This document shows positions 43,876 to 53,444 of a stretch of DNA of 64,000 nucleotides, one piece after another. The stretch covers positions 416,001-480,000 of the forward strand of contig JBPOGI010000001.1 of assembly GCA_051251855.1 (NCBI GenBank), written 5' to 3'. The notes beneath the pieces are model-generated. The model worked only from the letters and a program-made list of their open reading frames with translations, ran no database searches and was not told where the DNA came from. Source of the stretch: Roseibacillus sp. GTDB lineage: Bacteria > Verrucomicrobiota > Verrucomicrobiia > Verrucomicrobiales > Akkermansiaceae. Each line of letters opens with the position of its first letter. Within the stretch, counting starts at the first letter, position 1. Both the position numbers and the translations under genes were made by a program.

Positions 43876-44769
43876 CTAGATATTGGTGTTGTCGATGTTA
43901 CGGGCGAGGTTCTCGAAGTGTTTGATGACTCGGTCAACAGTCTTTCCGTCGAGGGCCTTTTCTGGTTTTTTCTCCACTTCCTTCGAGATGTCGCGGGGGT
44001 CGCAGAGAGGGGCAGTGGGGTTTTGAGGCTTTTGAGAGACGTCCCAACCGGGGTAGACCAAGAGCGGATAGACGGGAATGTTACTCTCGATGATGTTAGA
44101 GAGTTCTTCTGAAAGCTCGATGGCGTTTTCTTTGAGGCGGGGGATGGTTTCGTCATCGAACCGGCCGTCGGGGAAAGTGATTCGTTCGTCGCTGACGGTG
44201 AGATGTTGTGGAAGGTCGCGATTGGAGTTGAGTTTCTTGGAGCGCGTTTTGGTTTCGATGAGGAAGACCCCTCGATGATCGAGGAGGATGTGGTCGTAGT
44301 TAAAGGGGTTTGGGGTAAAGGCCTTGTCCTGCTGGATGTCGTGGAAGACATGGAATCCCTTGGGGAGAAATTCTCGTATGAGGTAGTCGCCGACCACGCG
44401 TTCGCCGAGGGCTCCTAATCGCCATTTGCGGGCCTCGTCGAAGTGTTTGTGGAGCGAGCGAATGAAGTAAGCAGAGCAAAGAAAGAGTGAAGCGAGAATA
44501 CCTGCCGTGATAGGGCGGTTGGTCGGAGACAAGAGTATGAGGGCAAAGGCCAGTGCGGCGAATGTGATGACGCAGTAGAGGCCTTCTTCTCCTTTTTCGG
44601 ATAGCTGGCGGGCTCGGTGGGTGGCGTATTCACCAGGGAGGCGGTAGAATTTTTTACGAAAGGGATACTTAGAATCAGCATCTCGCTTCTTCTTGTCGCT
44701 CAAGATGACCCAGAAGAGAAGAGCGACTGGAATGAGCGCTGGGAGGGCTGGGAGAAGGTTGAAATTCAT
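43876..44769 (-). CDS. Membrane-anchored NERD (nuclease-related domain) protein
   Basis: Three N-terminal TM helices, GALGERVV, VFHDI, NYDHILL...GVFLIETK. Confidence 0.85.
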   Translation of the reverse strand: MNFNLLPALPALIPVALLFWVILSDKKKRDADSKYPFRKKFYRLPGEYATHRARQLSEKGEEGLYCVITFAALAFALILLSPTNRPITAGILASLFLCSAYFIRSLHKHFDEARKWRLGALGERVVGDYLIREFLPKGFHVFHDIQQDKAFTPNPFNYDHILLDHRGVFLIETKTRSKKLNSNRDLPQHLTVSDERITFPDGRFDDETIPRLKENAIELSEELSNIIESNIPVYPLLVYPGWDVSQKPQNPTAPLCDPRDISKEVEKKPEKALDGKTVDRVIKHFENLARNIDNTNI

Positions 44770-44807
44770 TGTGGATGGGATGGATGTTGTCCCAGTGGTT
44801 CCCGTGG

Positions 44808-47800
44808 TCAGAGTTGGCCGAGGGTGCGGAGGGTTTCGATGATTTCGTGGATCTCTTTTTCGCGCTTGGGGGCTTTATTGCCGAAGGCTTGGGAGAGGAG
44901 GGCGGGGTCGGGGCCGAGTTCGGTGAGGAGGGGTTGCAGGGCGGCGACTTGTTGGGTGAGGACTTTGGGCCACTTGAGCTTCTGGGTGCTGGCTTTGACG
45001 AGGGCCTTTTGGCTGGCGGGGAGGTCGAGGTCTTGCTCGGTGGCCCGTTGGGTGCCTTCGGGGTCTTGGAACTCGGGGCGGAGGTAGCGGATCTTGCCTT
45101 GCGCTTCTTCGGCGGCGCGCTCGTGGTTGAGGTCGACGAGGCGTTGCAGCAGGACTTGCTCGTATTTTTCGAGGTAGGGAGCGATGGCTTCGTGGAGTTT
45201 GCCGGGCTCGACTTCGAGTTGTGAAGTTGTCTCGTCCTCGGGGTCGTAGCAGGTGCCACGGAGGGCGTCCTGTTGCCATTGCCAAAGGTCGCTCCAGCCG
45301 TAGGCCTCGTAGGTGGCTTGGTCGATTTGGTCGTGGATTTGTTTCAGGAGGGTGACGAGGCCTTGGTCGTGGATGACTTTGTCTTTGTCGGTGAGGGGCT
45401 CTTCTTTGCGGAGCTTTTCGAGGACGTTATACATCCCGGTGAGGGTGAGGTCGGGGTGCTCGGCTTGGCGGGATTTTCGGTGGGCGTCGAGTTGTTCGCC
45501 GAGGTCGCGGAGACGTTCCTTGAGCGGGCCTTCGGGGAGGTCGGGGAAGGGGAAGGTCTCGAAGCAGCGGGTTTTTACGTAGACGGGGTCATTACCTACT
45601 CCAAGTTTACTGCCGGTGGCGAGCGCCCAAGCGACGTGGGGTGGGCTGGACAGTAATGCCAAAGAAGCTGGGTCTGCTACCGCTATATTTACGAGCTTGT
45701 TGTCAGGCAATATTGACTGGTCAAGAAAGGTGAAAAAGCGGTGTTTGCTGGTTTCAACGGTGGCGATGTAGCGAGGGAGCCCTGCGAGCTGCTCTCTTAG
45801 CTTCTGGTTAGGCTCTCCAAAAATCCACCAGAGTTTTTTGCGTGACTCTCGTTTGTTATTGTCTCGTTCAGGTTTCACCGTGTTCAGGAGATGCTGAAAA
45901 ATGCCGGGGTGATCATTCTGAAGTTCTTCAGCCGTGCTCCCGAAAGCATCAATGACTTTGACTAGTCTAGGGCTTGCAGCGAGGTCCCGGCCATTGCGGT
46001 AGTCGTGAATTATCTTCCTAGCCCCGGCTACGGAGCTTAATTCCAGAGATGTAGCGATTTCGGGAGTTACGATAAAGCCGCTGCCAAAGAGACAGAACCC
46101 ACGATTGCAAAGGTTCTCGTTGGCTCCGAGTGACGAGGTGCTCGTCAAGTTAGCGCCGACCTTTAAGTTTGGAGCAATAAACCCCTTCGTTGCTGATAGC
46201 TCAATGTCGTGTTCGCCTTCTTCGCGTTCTTCCTCCTCTATTACCAGAGCTAGCTTCCCGGAGGCTGAACTTTGGTTGGCTACCGTCATCGCAATTCTAA
46301 CTGCCGCGCCATCTGCTGAATCGACCCAAGGGTGATCGGGGATGGCAAAGGTGATGGAGACGGGCTTTTTCTCGTTTGCGAGAAAGGGCTCGATGCAGCG
46401 GCGGTTGAAGGTTTGGTGGATGGAATTGGTGGTGATGAAGCCGAATTGTTGGGCTTTGCCATCGCGGACCAGTTCGGCGGCTTGGTGCCACCAATACATG
46501 ACGAAGTCCCAGGAGTCGGGCTTGTGTTTTTTCCAAGCGAGGCGGAGGGCTTCGGTGTAGCCGTCGCCGAGATTGTCCCTCATGCGGGAGGCTCCGAGGA
46601 AGGGTGGGTTGCCGATGATGTAGTCGGCTTCGGGCCATTCGGTGCGGCGCGGATTGGTGTAGTCGAAAAGGGCTTTGCGGTGGCTTTCGTCGGGGACTTC
46701 TTTTCCGGTGACGGGGTGGGGCTTGGTGGTGCGGCCGTCCCAGATGGTGAGGACTTTTCCGGTTTCGGGATCGGTGCGGGGAATCATCTCGTCGTAGGCG
46801 AGGACGGCGTCTTGATTGAGGATGGTGTTCTGCTTGGGGAGGAGGGGTCTGTCGTTGGTGTCGGCGCTGCCGGTGGTCTTCTGATGCCATTGGAAGTAGC
46901 CAATCCAGAGCACGAGCTGGGCGATGGCGGCGGCGCGGCCGTTGATTTCGAGTCCCCAGAATTGGGAGGGGCGGACTTTGGTGTTGTCCATCTCTAACAG
47001 GCGGTTGCCACCGAGTTCTTCGAAGAGGTCGAGGACTTCGGCTTCGAGTTCCTTGAGGCGGGCGAGGGCGAGGTAGAGGAAGTTGCCGGAGCCGCAGGCG
47101 GGGTCGAGGATGCGGAGGCTGGTGAGGTGTTTGTGGAAGTTCTCGACTTCGGTGCGGGCTTTGAGGTCTTGGTCCTTGTCGTGGAGCTGGGCGGCGGCGG
47201 CGCGGGTGGCGTCCCATTGCTTGCGCAGGGGCGCGAGGAGGGTGGGTTCGATGAGGCGCTCGACGTAGGAGCGGGGGGTGTAGTGGGCGCCGAGCTTGTG
47301 GCGTTCGGCGGGGTCGAGGGCGCGCTCTAACAGGGTGCCGAAGATGGCGGGCTCGACTTCTTTCCAATCCTTGCGGGCGGCTTCGAGGAGGATTTCGATT
47401 TGTTCTTTGTTGAGGGGGAGGGCTTTGGGGTTCTCGAAGAGGCCGCCGTTGAAGTGGGGGACTTCTTGTAGGATGACGGTAGAGAAGGCGGCTCCGGTGG
47501 CCATCTCTTTCCAGAGTTGGGTGATGAGGACGGAGAAGCCTTGAGGAGCGGTGACGGCTTTGACAAGGAGGTCTTCGAAGGATTGTTGGGGGAGGAGGCC
47601 GACGTCTTCGGCGAAGAGGGTGAAGAGGAGACGCTGGAGGAAGGTGGCGATGAGGGTGGGGTCGTGGCCGTCTTTTTCTAAGGAGATGGCGAGCTTGGAG
47701 AGGGTGGTGGCGACTTCGCGGGTGACTTTGGCGGCCGTTTTGGAGGGGTCGAGACTGTGGGGTTCGGTCCAGATCTGGCGCAGGAGTTCGCGCTTGGCGG

Positions 47801-48317
47801 GGTCGCGCAGTTCCTCGAGGTAGATGCGGTGGTTGGCGGGGTCGGGGAAGCGGAGGTAGGTGCCGCCGGTGCCGGAGAATTCGGCGTAGATCTCGATAAG
47901 GTGGCCAACGTCGCAGACGATGAGGAAGGGGGGACGGCCTTCGTGGGAGGGGATGGCTCCGATGTAGTCGCGGGCCTGGTTGTAGGCTTTTTCGAGGGCT
48001 TTGTCCCAGGTCTTGGTGCCGCGCTTGCCGTGGCCGACTTTGCCGGTAGTTCCGCTGGAGCCTTGTTTGGTCTCGAGGACGAAGTGGCCGCGCTTGTAGA
48101 GGTCGAGGTAGACGGGGGCGGTGTGGCCATCCTTTTCGGTGCGGGTGAAGGCGCGGTCGATGACGTAGGCGTTGTGCTGATTGTCTTCGACCGAGGGCTC
48201 GGGTCGGTCGACGCCGAGGAGGTCGCAGAGCTCGGAGAGGAAGAGGGCGTAGTTGGAACGCTCGGCGGCTCCGGAGTTTTGCCAGCGGGTGATAAATGAT
48301 TCGATATCTGCAGCCAC
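44808..48317 (-). CDS. MmeI-like Type IIL restriction-modification enzyme (fused nuclease, m6A methyltransferase and TRD)
   Basis: LDLYKRGHFVLETK nuclease, FNGGLF, GAHYTPR, LDPACGSGNFL, GNPPF, CFETFPFP. Confidence 0.9.
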   Translation of the reverse strand: MAADIESFITRWQNSGAAERSNYALFLSELCDLLGVDRPEPSVEDNQHNAYVIDRAFTRTEKDGHTAPVYLDLYKRGHFVLETKQGSSGTTGKVGHGKRGTKTWDKALEKAYNQARDYIGAIPSHEGRPPFLIVCDVGHLIEIYAEFSGTGGTYLRFPDPANHRIYLEELRDPAKRELLRQIWTEPHSLDPSKTAAKVTREVATTLSKLAISLEKDGHDPTLIATFLQRLLFTLFAEDVGLLPQQSFEDLLVKAVTAPQGFSVLITQLWKEMATGAAFSTVILQEVPHFNGGLFENPKALPLNKEQIEILLEAARKDWKEVEPAIFGTLLERALDPAERHKLGAHYTPRSYVERLIEPTLLAPLRKQWDATRAAAAQLHDKDQDLKARTEVENFHKHLTSLRILDPACGSGNFLYLALARLKELEAEVLDLFEELGGNRLLEMDNTKVRPSQFWGLEINGRAAAIAQLVLWIGYFQWHQKTTGSADTNDRPLLPKQNTILNQDAVLAYDEMIPRTDPETGKVLTIWDGRTTKPHPVTGKEVPDESHRKALFDYTNPRRTEWPEADYIIGNPPFLGASRMRDNLGDGYTEALRLAWKKHKPDSWDFVMYWWHQAAELVRDGKAQQFGFITTNSIHQTFNRRCIEPFLANEKKPVSITFAIPDHPWVDSADGAAVRIAMTVANQSSASGKLALVIEEEEREEGEHDIELSATKGFIAPNLKVGANLTSTSSLGANENLCNRGFCLFGSGFIVTPEIATSLELSSVAGARKIIHDYRNGRDLAASPRLVKVIDAFGSTAEELQNDHPGIFQHLLNTVKPERDNNKRESRKKLWWIFGEPNQKLREQLAGLPRYIATVETSKHRFFTFLDQSILPDNKLVNIAVADPASLALLSSPPHVAWALATGSKLGVGNDPVYVKTRCFETFPFPDLPEGPLKERLRDLGEQLDAHRKSRQAEHPDLTLTGMYNVLEKLRKEEPLTDKDKVIHDQGLVTLLKQIHDQIDQATYEAYGWSDLWQWQQDALRGTCYDPEDETTSQLEVEPGKLHEAIAPYLEKYEQVLLQRLVDLNHERAAEEAQGKIRYLRPEFQDPEGTQRATEQDLDLPASQKALVKASTQKLKWPKVLTQQVAALQPLLTELGPDPALLSQAFGNKAPKREKEIHEIIETLRTLGQL

Positions 48318-48601
48318 GAGGGAAAGATGATGGTTAGAGTCGCAGAGGGGAAGGCTGGGGTGGGTAATTTTGGGGGTGAGTGTGAGGGTGAGGGATTCAC
48401 TCTGGGCTTTGCTCTCACAGCCCGTTGGGGCCGGTCGCAGACCCGGCGCTCCTAGGGGGGAGAACCCCAGTTCTGCGGCCGGTGTCTGTTGAAGGCTCGT
48501 CCGAACACAGCAGGCCGTTCGCGGGACTCTTTTTCAAAGAGTCGCTCCCACTCTGGTGGTCCGTGGGGAGGGTAGGCCGTTTGAGGGTATGGGTTGGTAG
48601 G

Positions 48602-48818
48602 CTAGTGTTCCACGACATTAAATTTGTGACACCGGTATTTTTCTTGAGATTTTTTGGAATTGCCTCCTTTCGTCGGATTGGGGGAGAAGCTTGAGGCTTT
48701 TTCCCAATAACCGCGTTGTTCGTCAGTCATGAATCCCGATTCACTCCTTCCTCTCGCCTTGTTCTTGGAAAAAATCCTCTGCGCCGAATGTCACAAAGTT
48801 AATGTCGTGGGACACTAG
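48602..48818. mobile_element. 217-bp MITE with 30-bp terminal inverted repeats ending in CTAG (IS630-like ends)
   Basis: Left ctagtgttccacgacattaaatttgtgaca; right (reverse complement) ctagtgtcccacgacattaactttgtgaca; 28/30 identical; no transposase. Confidence 0.82.
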
Positions 48819-49267
48819 TCCGGCGAAGTGGGGAACTCGTTGGTGACGTCGCGCCATTGAAGCCCACTGAGGGCTGGCGGGCTGGTGGGTTTTTCTTTGA
48901 GCAAGAGGGAGAAGAGTATTTCAGTTGTCTCCTGCGGTATAAAGTCCCGTTCTCGCGTCCACGGTCCATGCTCGCCTGAGTAGGGGTCTGGCTCTCCCGG
49001 AGAGAAAGGGTTGCTGAGGCAATCCCACGCACGGTAGTGAGTATAGCCAGCTTTAGTAGAGGCTCGAAAGAAACGGCATTCGACAAGGTAGCCCTCGGGG
49101 GTGCGGAGAGTTTGGAGATAGTCTCGGGAGCCTTCCCATTCGAGAATGAGATAGGCGTCGGGCAATTCGGTATCCAAGCGATTCAGGATACGGCGGAGGC
49201 TTGTCGCCTGAGGATTTAGAAGCTGTTGAGGGGAGCCTTGGCCGATTGTGAGACGAGTGAGAGGCAT
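48815..49267 (-). CDS. Hypothetical protein (possibly immunity-protein-like)
   Basis: YLILE....YLQ......YLVE.R......HYRA ... WRDVTNEF; start inferred. Confidence 0.5.
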   Translation of the reverse strand: MPLTRLTIGQGSPQQLLNPQATSLRRILNRLDTELPDAYLILEWEGSRDYLQTLRTPEGYLVECRFFRASTKAGYTHYRAWDCLSNPFSPGEPDPYSGEHGPWTRERDFIPQETTEILFSLLLKEKPTSPPALSGLQWRDVTNEFPTSPD

Positions 49268-49418
49268 GATTGCGGAGGAGATTTTAGGCCTCGATTGGAG
49301 GACAAGCGGCGCATGAGTTTTAGGCGAAGACTTTTTGGGGTGGGAGGAGTTGAGCGTTCGCTCATTCTTCGGAAAACTCGAATCCGAAAATGCGAAGGCT
49401 GTAGATGCGAACTGATGC

Positions 49419-50312
49419 TTAATCCTCGCGAAGTTGCTTCGCAAACCATGACTGATTAGCGGGGTCGATCCGTAACCAGGTTCCCTTTTCGAAACTCTTT
49501 CCCTCTGTAACAACCTCGAGTCCAACCTCCACTCTGTCTTCCCGATAAGCGATGACGAGTTTATCGCCTTTGACTTCGAGAACAGGGAGAGAGTAGGCAT
49601 AGCGCCTCCGCTCTCCAGCAAAGCCCATTCCTTCGATAGTTACGAAAGATGTTCCTCCGACACATTTCTTCAAAGTATCGAGATCGAATCTGAGGAATTT
49701 CTGAGAGGTGACCTGCTTCACCGGGCTTTCGACTTCTTTGAGTGCCGCTGCCATCTTGATGTGAGCATCTCGAGAGGGACCCTTAATATGTCGTTCGCTT
49801 TGGGCGAGGGCTTTCTTCCAGATTCGATCCCGGTCTTTACTTGTTCCAAAATCAGCAGCACCATTTGACCAGAACCAGAACAAATGGTTAGCGAAAGCTC
49901 GTTGAAAATCTTCGGAGTTGTCTTCGTAGGTGCCTCGATTAGGGATTCTCGAGCGGTTATCTACCCAGCCGTCAGGAGCCAAAAACACCATGGAAATGTC
50001 TAGTTCATGTGTTTTGTTTTCCGCTATTTTAATGGAAGCACCTGGTCCTCCGCCTTTAGTTTGGCTAAGCGAGTAAACGAGCTTGTGGTCTTCGTTGATC
50101 AGTTGGTGGGTGCCAAGTGAGAGTTTTTTGCCGTTTCGCAATTCAAGTGTAATAGGGATAGAAGTGTCGGAGGTTCGACCTGTCGAAGCACGAAGAGATA
50201 GGAGTCTCGCCTTCGTCTCAGTCCCTTGCAAGCTTGTCCAAATGCGCCAATCGGTGAGGGGCTCGGCCCAGCAATTTGCGGCACAGAAAAGGAGAGCTAG
50301 AAAAAATTTCAC
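49419..50312 (-). CDS. Secreted protein with N-terminal SHD1-like domain
   Basis: Signal peptide, WRIWTSLQG....A.L....L.L.NGK......L..ED. Confidence 0.6.
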   Translation of the reverse strand: MKFFLALLFCAANCWAEPLTDWRIWTSLQGTETKARLLSLRASTGRTSDTSIPITLELRNGKKLSLGTHQLINEDHKLVYSLSQTKGGGPGASIKIAENKTHELDISMVFLAPDGWVDNRSRIPNRGTYEDNSEDFQRAFANHLFWFWSNGAADFGTSKDRDRIWKKALAQSERHIKGPSRDAHIKMAAALKEVESPVKQVTSQKFLRFDLDTLKKCVGGTSFVTIEGMGFAGERRRYAYSLPVLEVKGDKLVIAYREDRVEVGLEVVTEGKSFEKGTWLRIDPANQSWFAKQLRED

Positions 50313-50391
50313 CTAGGCACGCTGACTCAAAAAAACTCTTCTGTATACAGGTTTCTATACGAGCTATGGCTTTCACTCTCTGATAAGAGGC

Positions 50392-51819
50392 CTACAGGGG
50401 CGCTCGCTTGAGCAGTTGGCCTCTCCCGAGGGTGCCGGTGAACTGGCCGTTGCGGGCGGCGACTTGGCCGCGGACGGTGACGAGGGAGGGGCGGCCTTTG
50501 ATTTCCATTCCTTCGAAGCCGGAGTAGTCGGTGTTCATGGAGTGGGTTTCGACGGAGATGGTGCCAGTGTAGTTGGGGTCGTAGATGACGAGGTCGGCGT
50601 CGGAGCCTACTGCAATTTCTCCTTTGCAGGGGAAGAGGCCGAAGCGTTTGGCTGCATTGGTGGAGGCGGTAGCGACGAAGGTGTGGAGGTCGATTTTTCC
50701 GGTGGTGACGCCGTAGGTGTAGAGGAGGTTGACGCGTTCTTCGACGCTGGGGATGCCGTTGGGAATGAGGGTAAAGTTTGAGGATTCGCCTTTGGGCGAG
50801 AAATCGGCGGTGACGGCTTTGTTTGCGTCGGGGTGGCCCATGTGTTTCTGGGTCGCGAAGTCGAAGGGGGCGTGGTCAGTGCCAACGGTGTCGATGGTGC
50901 CGTCGGCGAGTTTTTTCCAGAGGAAGTCTTGGTGTTCTTTGGCACGGATGGGGGGCGACATCACGTATTTGGCTCCTTCGAAATCGGGCTTTTCGGCGTA
51001 GGTGCTGTCGAGGACGAGGTAGGGAATAACGGTCTCGATGGTGGCGTTGACGCCGCGTTCGCGAGCGGCGGTGATGGCTTCGACGGCGGGTTGGCAGGAG
51101 GTGTGAACAACGTAGACTTCGGCCCCAGTCATCTCGGCGAAGGTCATGAGGTGGTGGCAGCCTTCGGCTTCGACAGTGACGGGGCGGGAGGGTTCGTGCC
51201 ATTCGGGGCCGACTTTGCCTTCCGCGACGAGGGCGGCTTGGGTCTTTTCTACAAGGTCGGCGTTTTCGCAGTGAGCAGTGACCACGACTCCGAGTTCTTT
51301 AGCGAGGGTGAGGGTGGAGTAGAGTTCGGCATCGTCGATTCCGAAGGCTCCTTTGTAGGCGAGAAAGACTTTGAAAGAGGTGATGCCGTAGTCGGCGACG
51401 ATGGTGCGGAGTTGGTATTCGGCGAGGTCGTCGAAGCGGGTGACACCCATGTGAAAGGTGTAGTCGCAGGCGGAGAGACCTTCGGCTTTGGAGTTCCAGA
51501 GTTGGAAGGCTTCGAGTGGTTCTTCCGCGCGGGAGGGGCAGCACATTTCGATGAGGGTGGTGGTGCCTCCGATGAGGGCCGCCTTGCTGGCGGTCTCGTA
51601 GTTGTCTTTGGAAAAGGTTCCCATGAAGGGAAGGTAGATGTGGACGTGCGGGTCGATGAAGCCGGGGAAGATGAGTTGTCCGGTGGCGTCGATGACCTCG
51701 TCGGCTTCCATGTCGAGGTTTTCACCGATGGTGGTGATTTGTTCGTCTTCGCAAAAGATGTCGGCCTTGTAGCGCTCGGTGGCAGTGACGATTTCGCCGT
51801 TTTTGATAAGGAGGGACAT
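50392..51819 (-). CDS. hydA: Dihydropyrimidinase
   Basis: PGFIDPHVH, SFKVF, AHCEN, VHTS, GTDHAPF, IPNG. Confidence 0.95.
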   Translation of the reverse strand: MSLLIKNGEIVTATERYKADIFCEDEQITTIGENLDMEADEVIDATGQLIFPGFIDPHVHIYLPFMGTFSKDNYETASKAALIGGTTTLIEMCCPSRAEEPLEAFQLWNSKAEGLSACDYTFHMGVTRFDDLAEYQLRTIVADYGITSFKVFLAYKGAFGIDDAELYSTLTLAKELGVVVTAHCENADLVEKTQAALVAEGKVGPEWHEPSRPVTVEAEGCHHLMTFAEMTGAEVYVVHTSCQPAVEAITAARERGVNATIETVIPYLVLDSTYAEKPDFEGAKYVMSPPIRAKEHQDFLWKKLADGTIDTVGTDHAPFDFATQKHMGHPDANKAVTADFSPKGESSNFTLIPNGIPSVEERVNLLYTYGVTTGKIDLHTFVATASTNAAKRFGLFPCKGEIAVGSDADLVIYDPNYTGTISVETHSMNTDYSGFEGMEIKGRPSLVTVRGQVAARNGQFTGTLGRGQLLKRAPL

Positions 51820-51851
51820 AGGATTCGAGATAAAGTGGGTTCGTTGGTTTA

Positions 51852-51936
51852 GGCCGCCCTTTCAGGGCTTGGGATGAATGTGGCTTGGAACCTAGGGCGA
51901 TGCCCTAGGCTGTCTTGGGTCGCCCCTTTGGGGCTG
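51852..51936. repeat. REP-like composite (cgccctttcagggc / cctagggcgatgccctagg / cgcccctttggggc)
   Basis: Three short hairpins in the hydA-mmsA intergenic region. Confidence 0.65.
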
Positions 51937-53427
51937 TTAGTCTTTGTGCCAGATGTCGCCTTCGCCGGGGGCGAACCAGCGTTCGGTGTAGACTTTGGCG
52001 CGGGTGAAGAACATCACGGATTCGCGGCCTTGCAGGTGGAGGTCGCCGAAGAAGGAGTAGTCCCAACCTGAGAATGGGAAGTAAGCGAGGGGGGCCGGGA
52101 CGCCGACGTTGATACCGACCATACCTGCTTTCACGCGGTGGCGGAACTCGCGGGCGAGGCGTCCGCTTTGGGTGTAGATGCAGGCGCCGTTTCCGAAAGA
52201 GACTTTGCCGGCGAGCTCAAGGGCTTGGTCGAGGTCGTCCATGCGCATCACGTTGAGGACAGGGCCGAAGACTTCTTCGCGGAAGATGGTCATCTCAGTG
52301 GTCACTTTGTCGACGACGGAAGCGCCCATGTAGAAGCCGCCGGGGTGGTCGGCGACTTGGGCGTTACGGCCATCGACAAGGAGGTCGCAGCCTTCGTCGA
52401 CTGCTGATTGAATGAGGCCGGAGACGCGGTCGCGATGTTGGGGGGTGATGACACCGCCGAGTTTGGCGTCTTTGGAAAGGTGGGTGGGACCGACTTCGAG
52501 GGCGGCAGCGGAGTCGACGATGGCAGGGATGAATCGTTCAGAGGCTTCGCCTACGGTGACGGCGGTGGAGCCTGCCATGCAGCGTTGGCCCGAGCATCCG
52601 AAGGCGGCGTCGGTGAGTCCTTCGACGGCTTTGCCAAAGTCGGCGTCGGGCATGACCACGACGAAGTTTTTGGCTCCACCGGCGGCTTGCACGCGCTTGC
52701 CATTGGCGGTTCCGGTTTTGTGAATGTATTCGGCGACGGGAGAGCTTCCGACGAAGGAGATGGCTGCGACTCCGGGGTGTTCTAAGAGAGCGTCGACGCA
52801 ATCTTTGCCTCCATGGACCACGGAGAAGACGCCGGGAGGAAGGCCCGCTTCTTCTAACAGTTCGATGAGTCGAATGCCGGTGAGGGGGACTTTTTCGCTG
52901 GGCTTGAGGATGAAGCAGTTTCCGCAGGCGAGGGCCATGGGATACATCCACATCGGGACGAGGGCGGGAAAGTTGTAAGGGCAGATGCCGACGCAGACGC
53001 CGATGGGCTGGCGCACCATGGAGCAGTCGATGCCGGGGGCGATGTTTTCTAACACTTCGCCTTTAAGCATGTCGGTGATGCCACAGGCGTATTCCGCGAC
53101 TTCGATACCACGGCGAAGGTCGCCTCGGGCTTCGGTCATGGTTTTGCCGTGCTCGACCACAATCATGGCAGCGAGTTCTTCGAAATTTTCTTCTAATAGT
53201 GCACAATAGCGCATCATCACGCGCACTCGCATCACGGGAGGAGTTTGCCACCAGCCTTCGAAGGCCGCGGTGGCAGCGGCGACGGCGTCATCGACGACAT
53301 CGGCTCCGCACATGGGAACGTTGGCGATGACTTCTCCGGTGGAAGGGTTGTGTACAGGGGCGGTTTCGGCGGTCTCGGGAACGGACCAGGTCCCGTTGAT
53401 CAGGATGGGGCAGGGTGTGAGTGACAT
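51937..53427 (-). CDS. mmsA: CoA-acylating (methyl)malonate-semialdehyde dehydrogenase
   Basis: PYNFPA, KPSEKVP, SFVGSS, GGAKN, GQRCMA, EEVFGPVL, GINVGVPAP. Confidence 0.93.
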   Translation of the reverse strand: MSLTPCPILINGTWSVPETAETAPVHNPSTGEVIANVPMCGADVVDDAVAAATAAFEGWWQTPPVMRVRVMMRYCALLEENFEELAAMIVVEHGKTMTEARGDLRRGIEVAEYACGITDMLKGEVLENIAPGIDCSMVRQPIGVCVGICPYNFPALVPMWMYPMALACGNCFILKPSEKVPLTGIRLIELLEEAGLPPGVFSVVHGGKDCVDALLEHPGVAAISFVGSSPVAEYIHKTGTANGKRVQAAGGAKNFVVVMPDADFGKAVEGLTDAAFGCSGQRCMAGSTAVTVGEASERFIPAIVDSAAALEVGPTHLSKDAKLGGVITPQHRDRVSGLIQSAVDEGCDLLVDGRNAQVADHPGGFYMGASVVDKVTTEMTIFREEVFGPVLNVMRMDDLDQALELAGKVSFGNGACIYTQSGRLAREFRHRVKAGMVGINVGVPAPLAYFPFSGWDYSFFGDLHLQGRESVMFFTRAKVYTERWFAPGEGDIWHKD

Positions 53428-53444
53428 GAGTATTTTCTAGAAGC

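Noticed and set aside
48730..48818. 29-codon ORF with CAECH inside the MITE
   Set aside because: Too short, no export signal; the motif runs into the terminal repeat and is likely coincidental.
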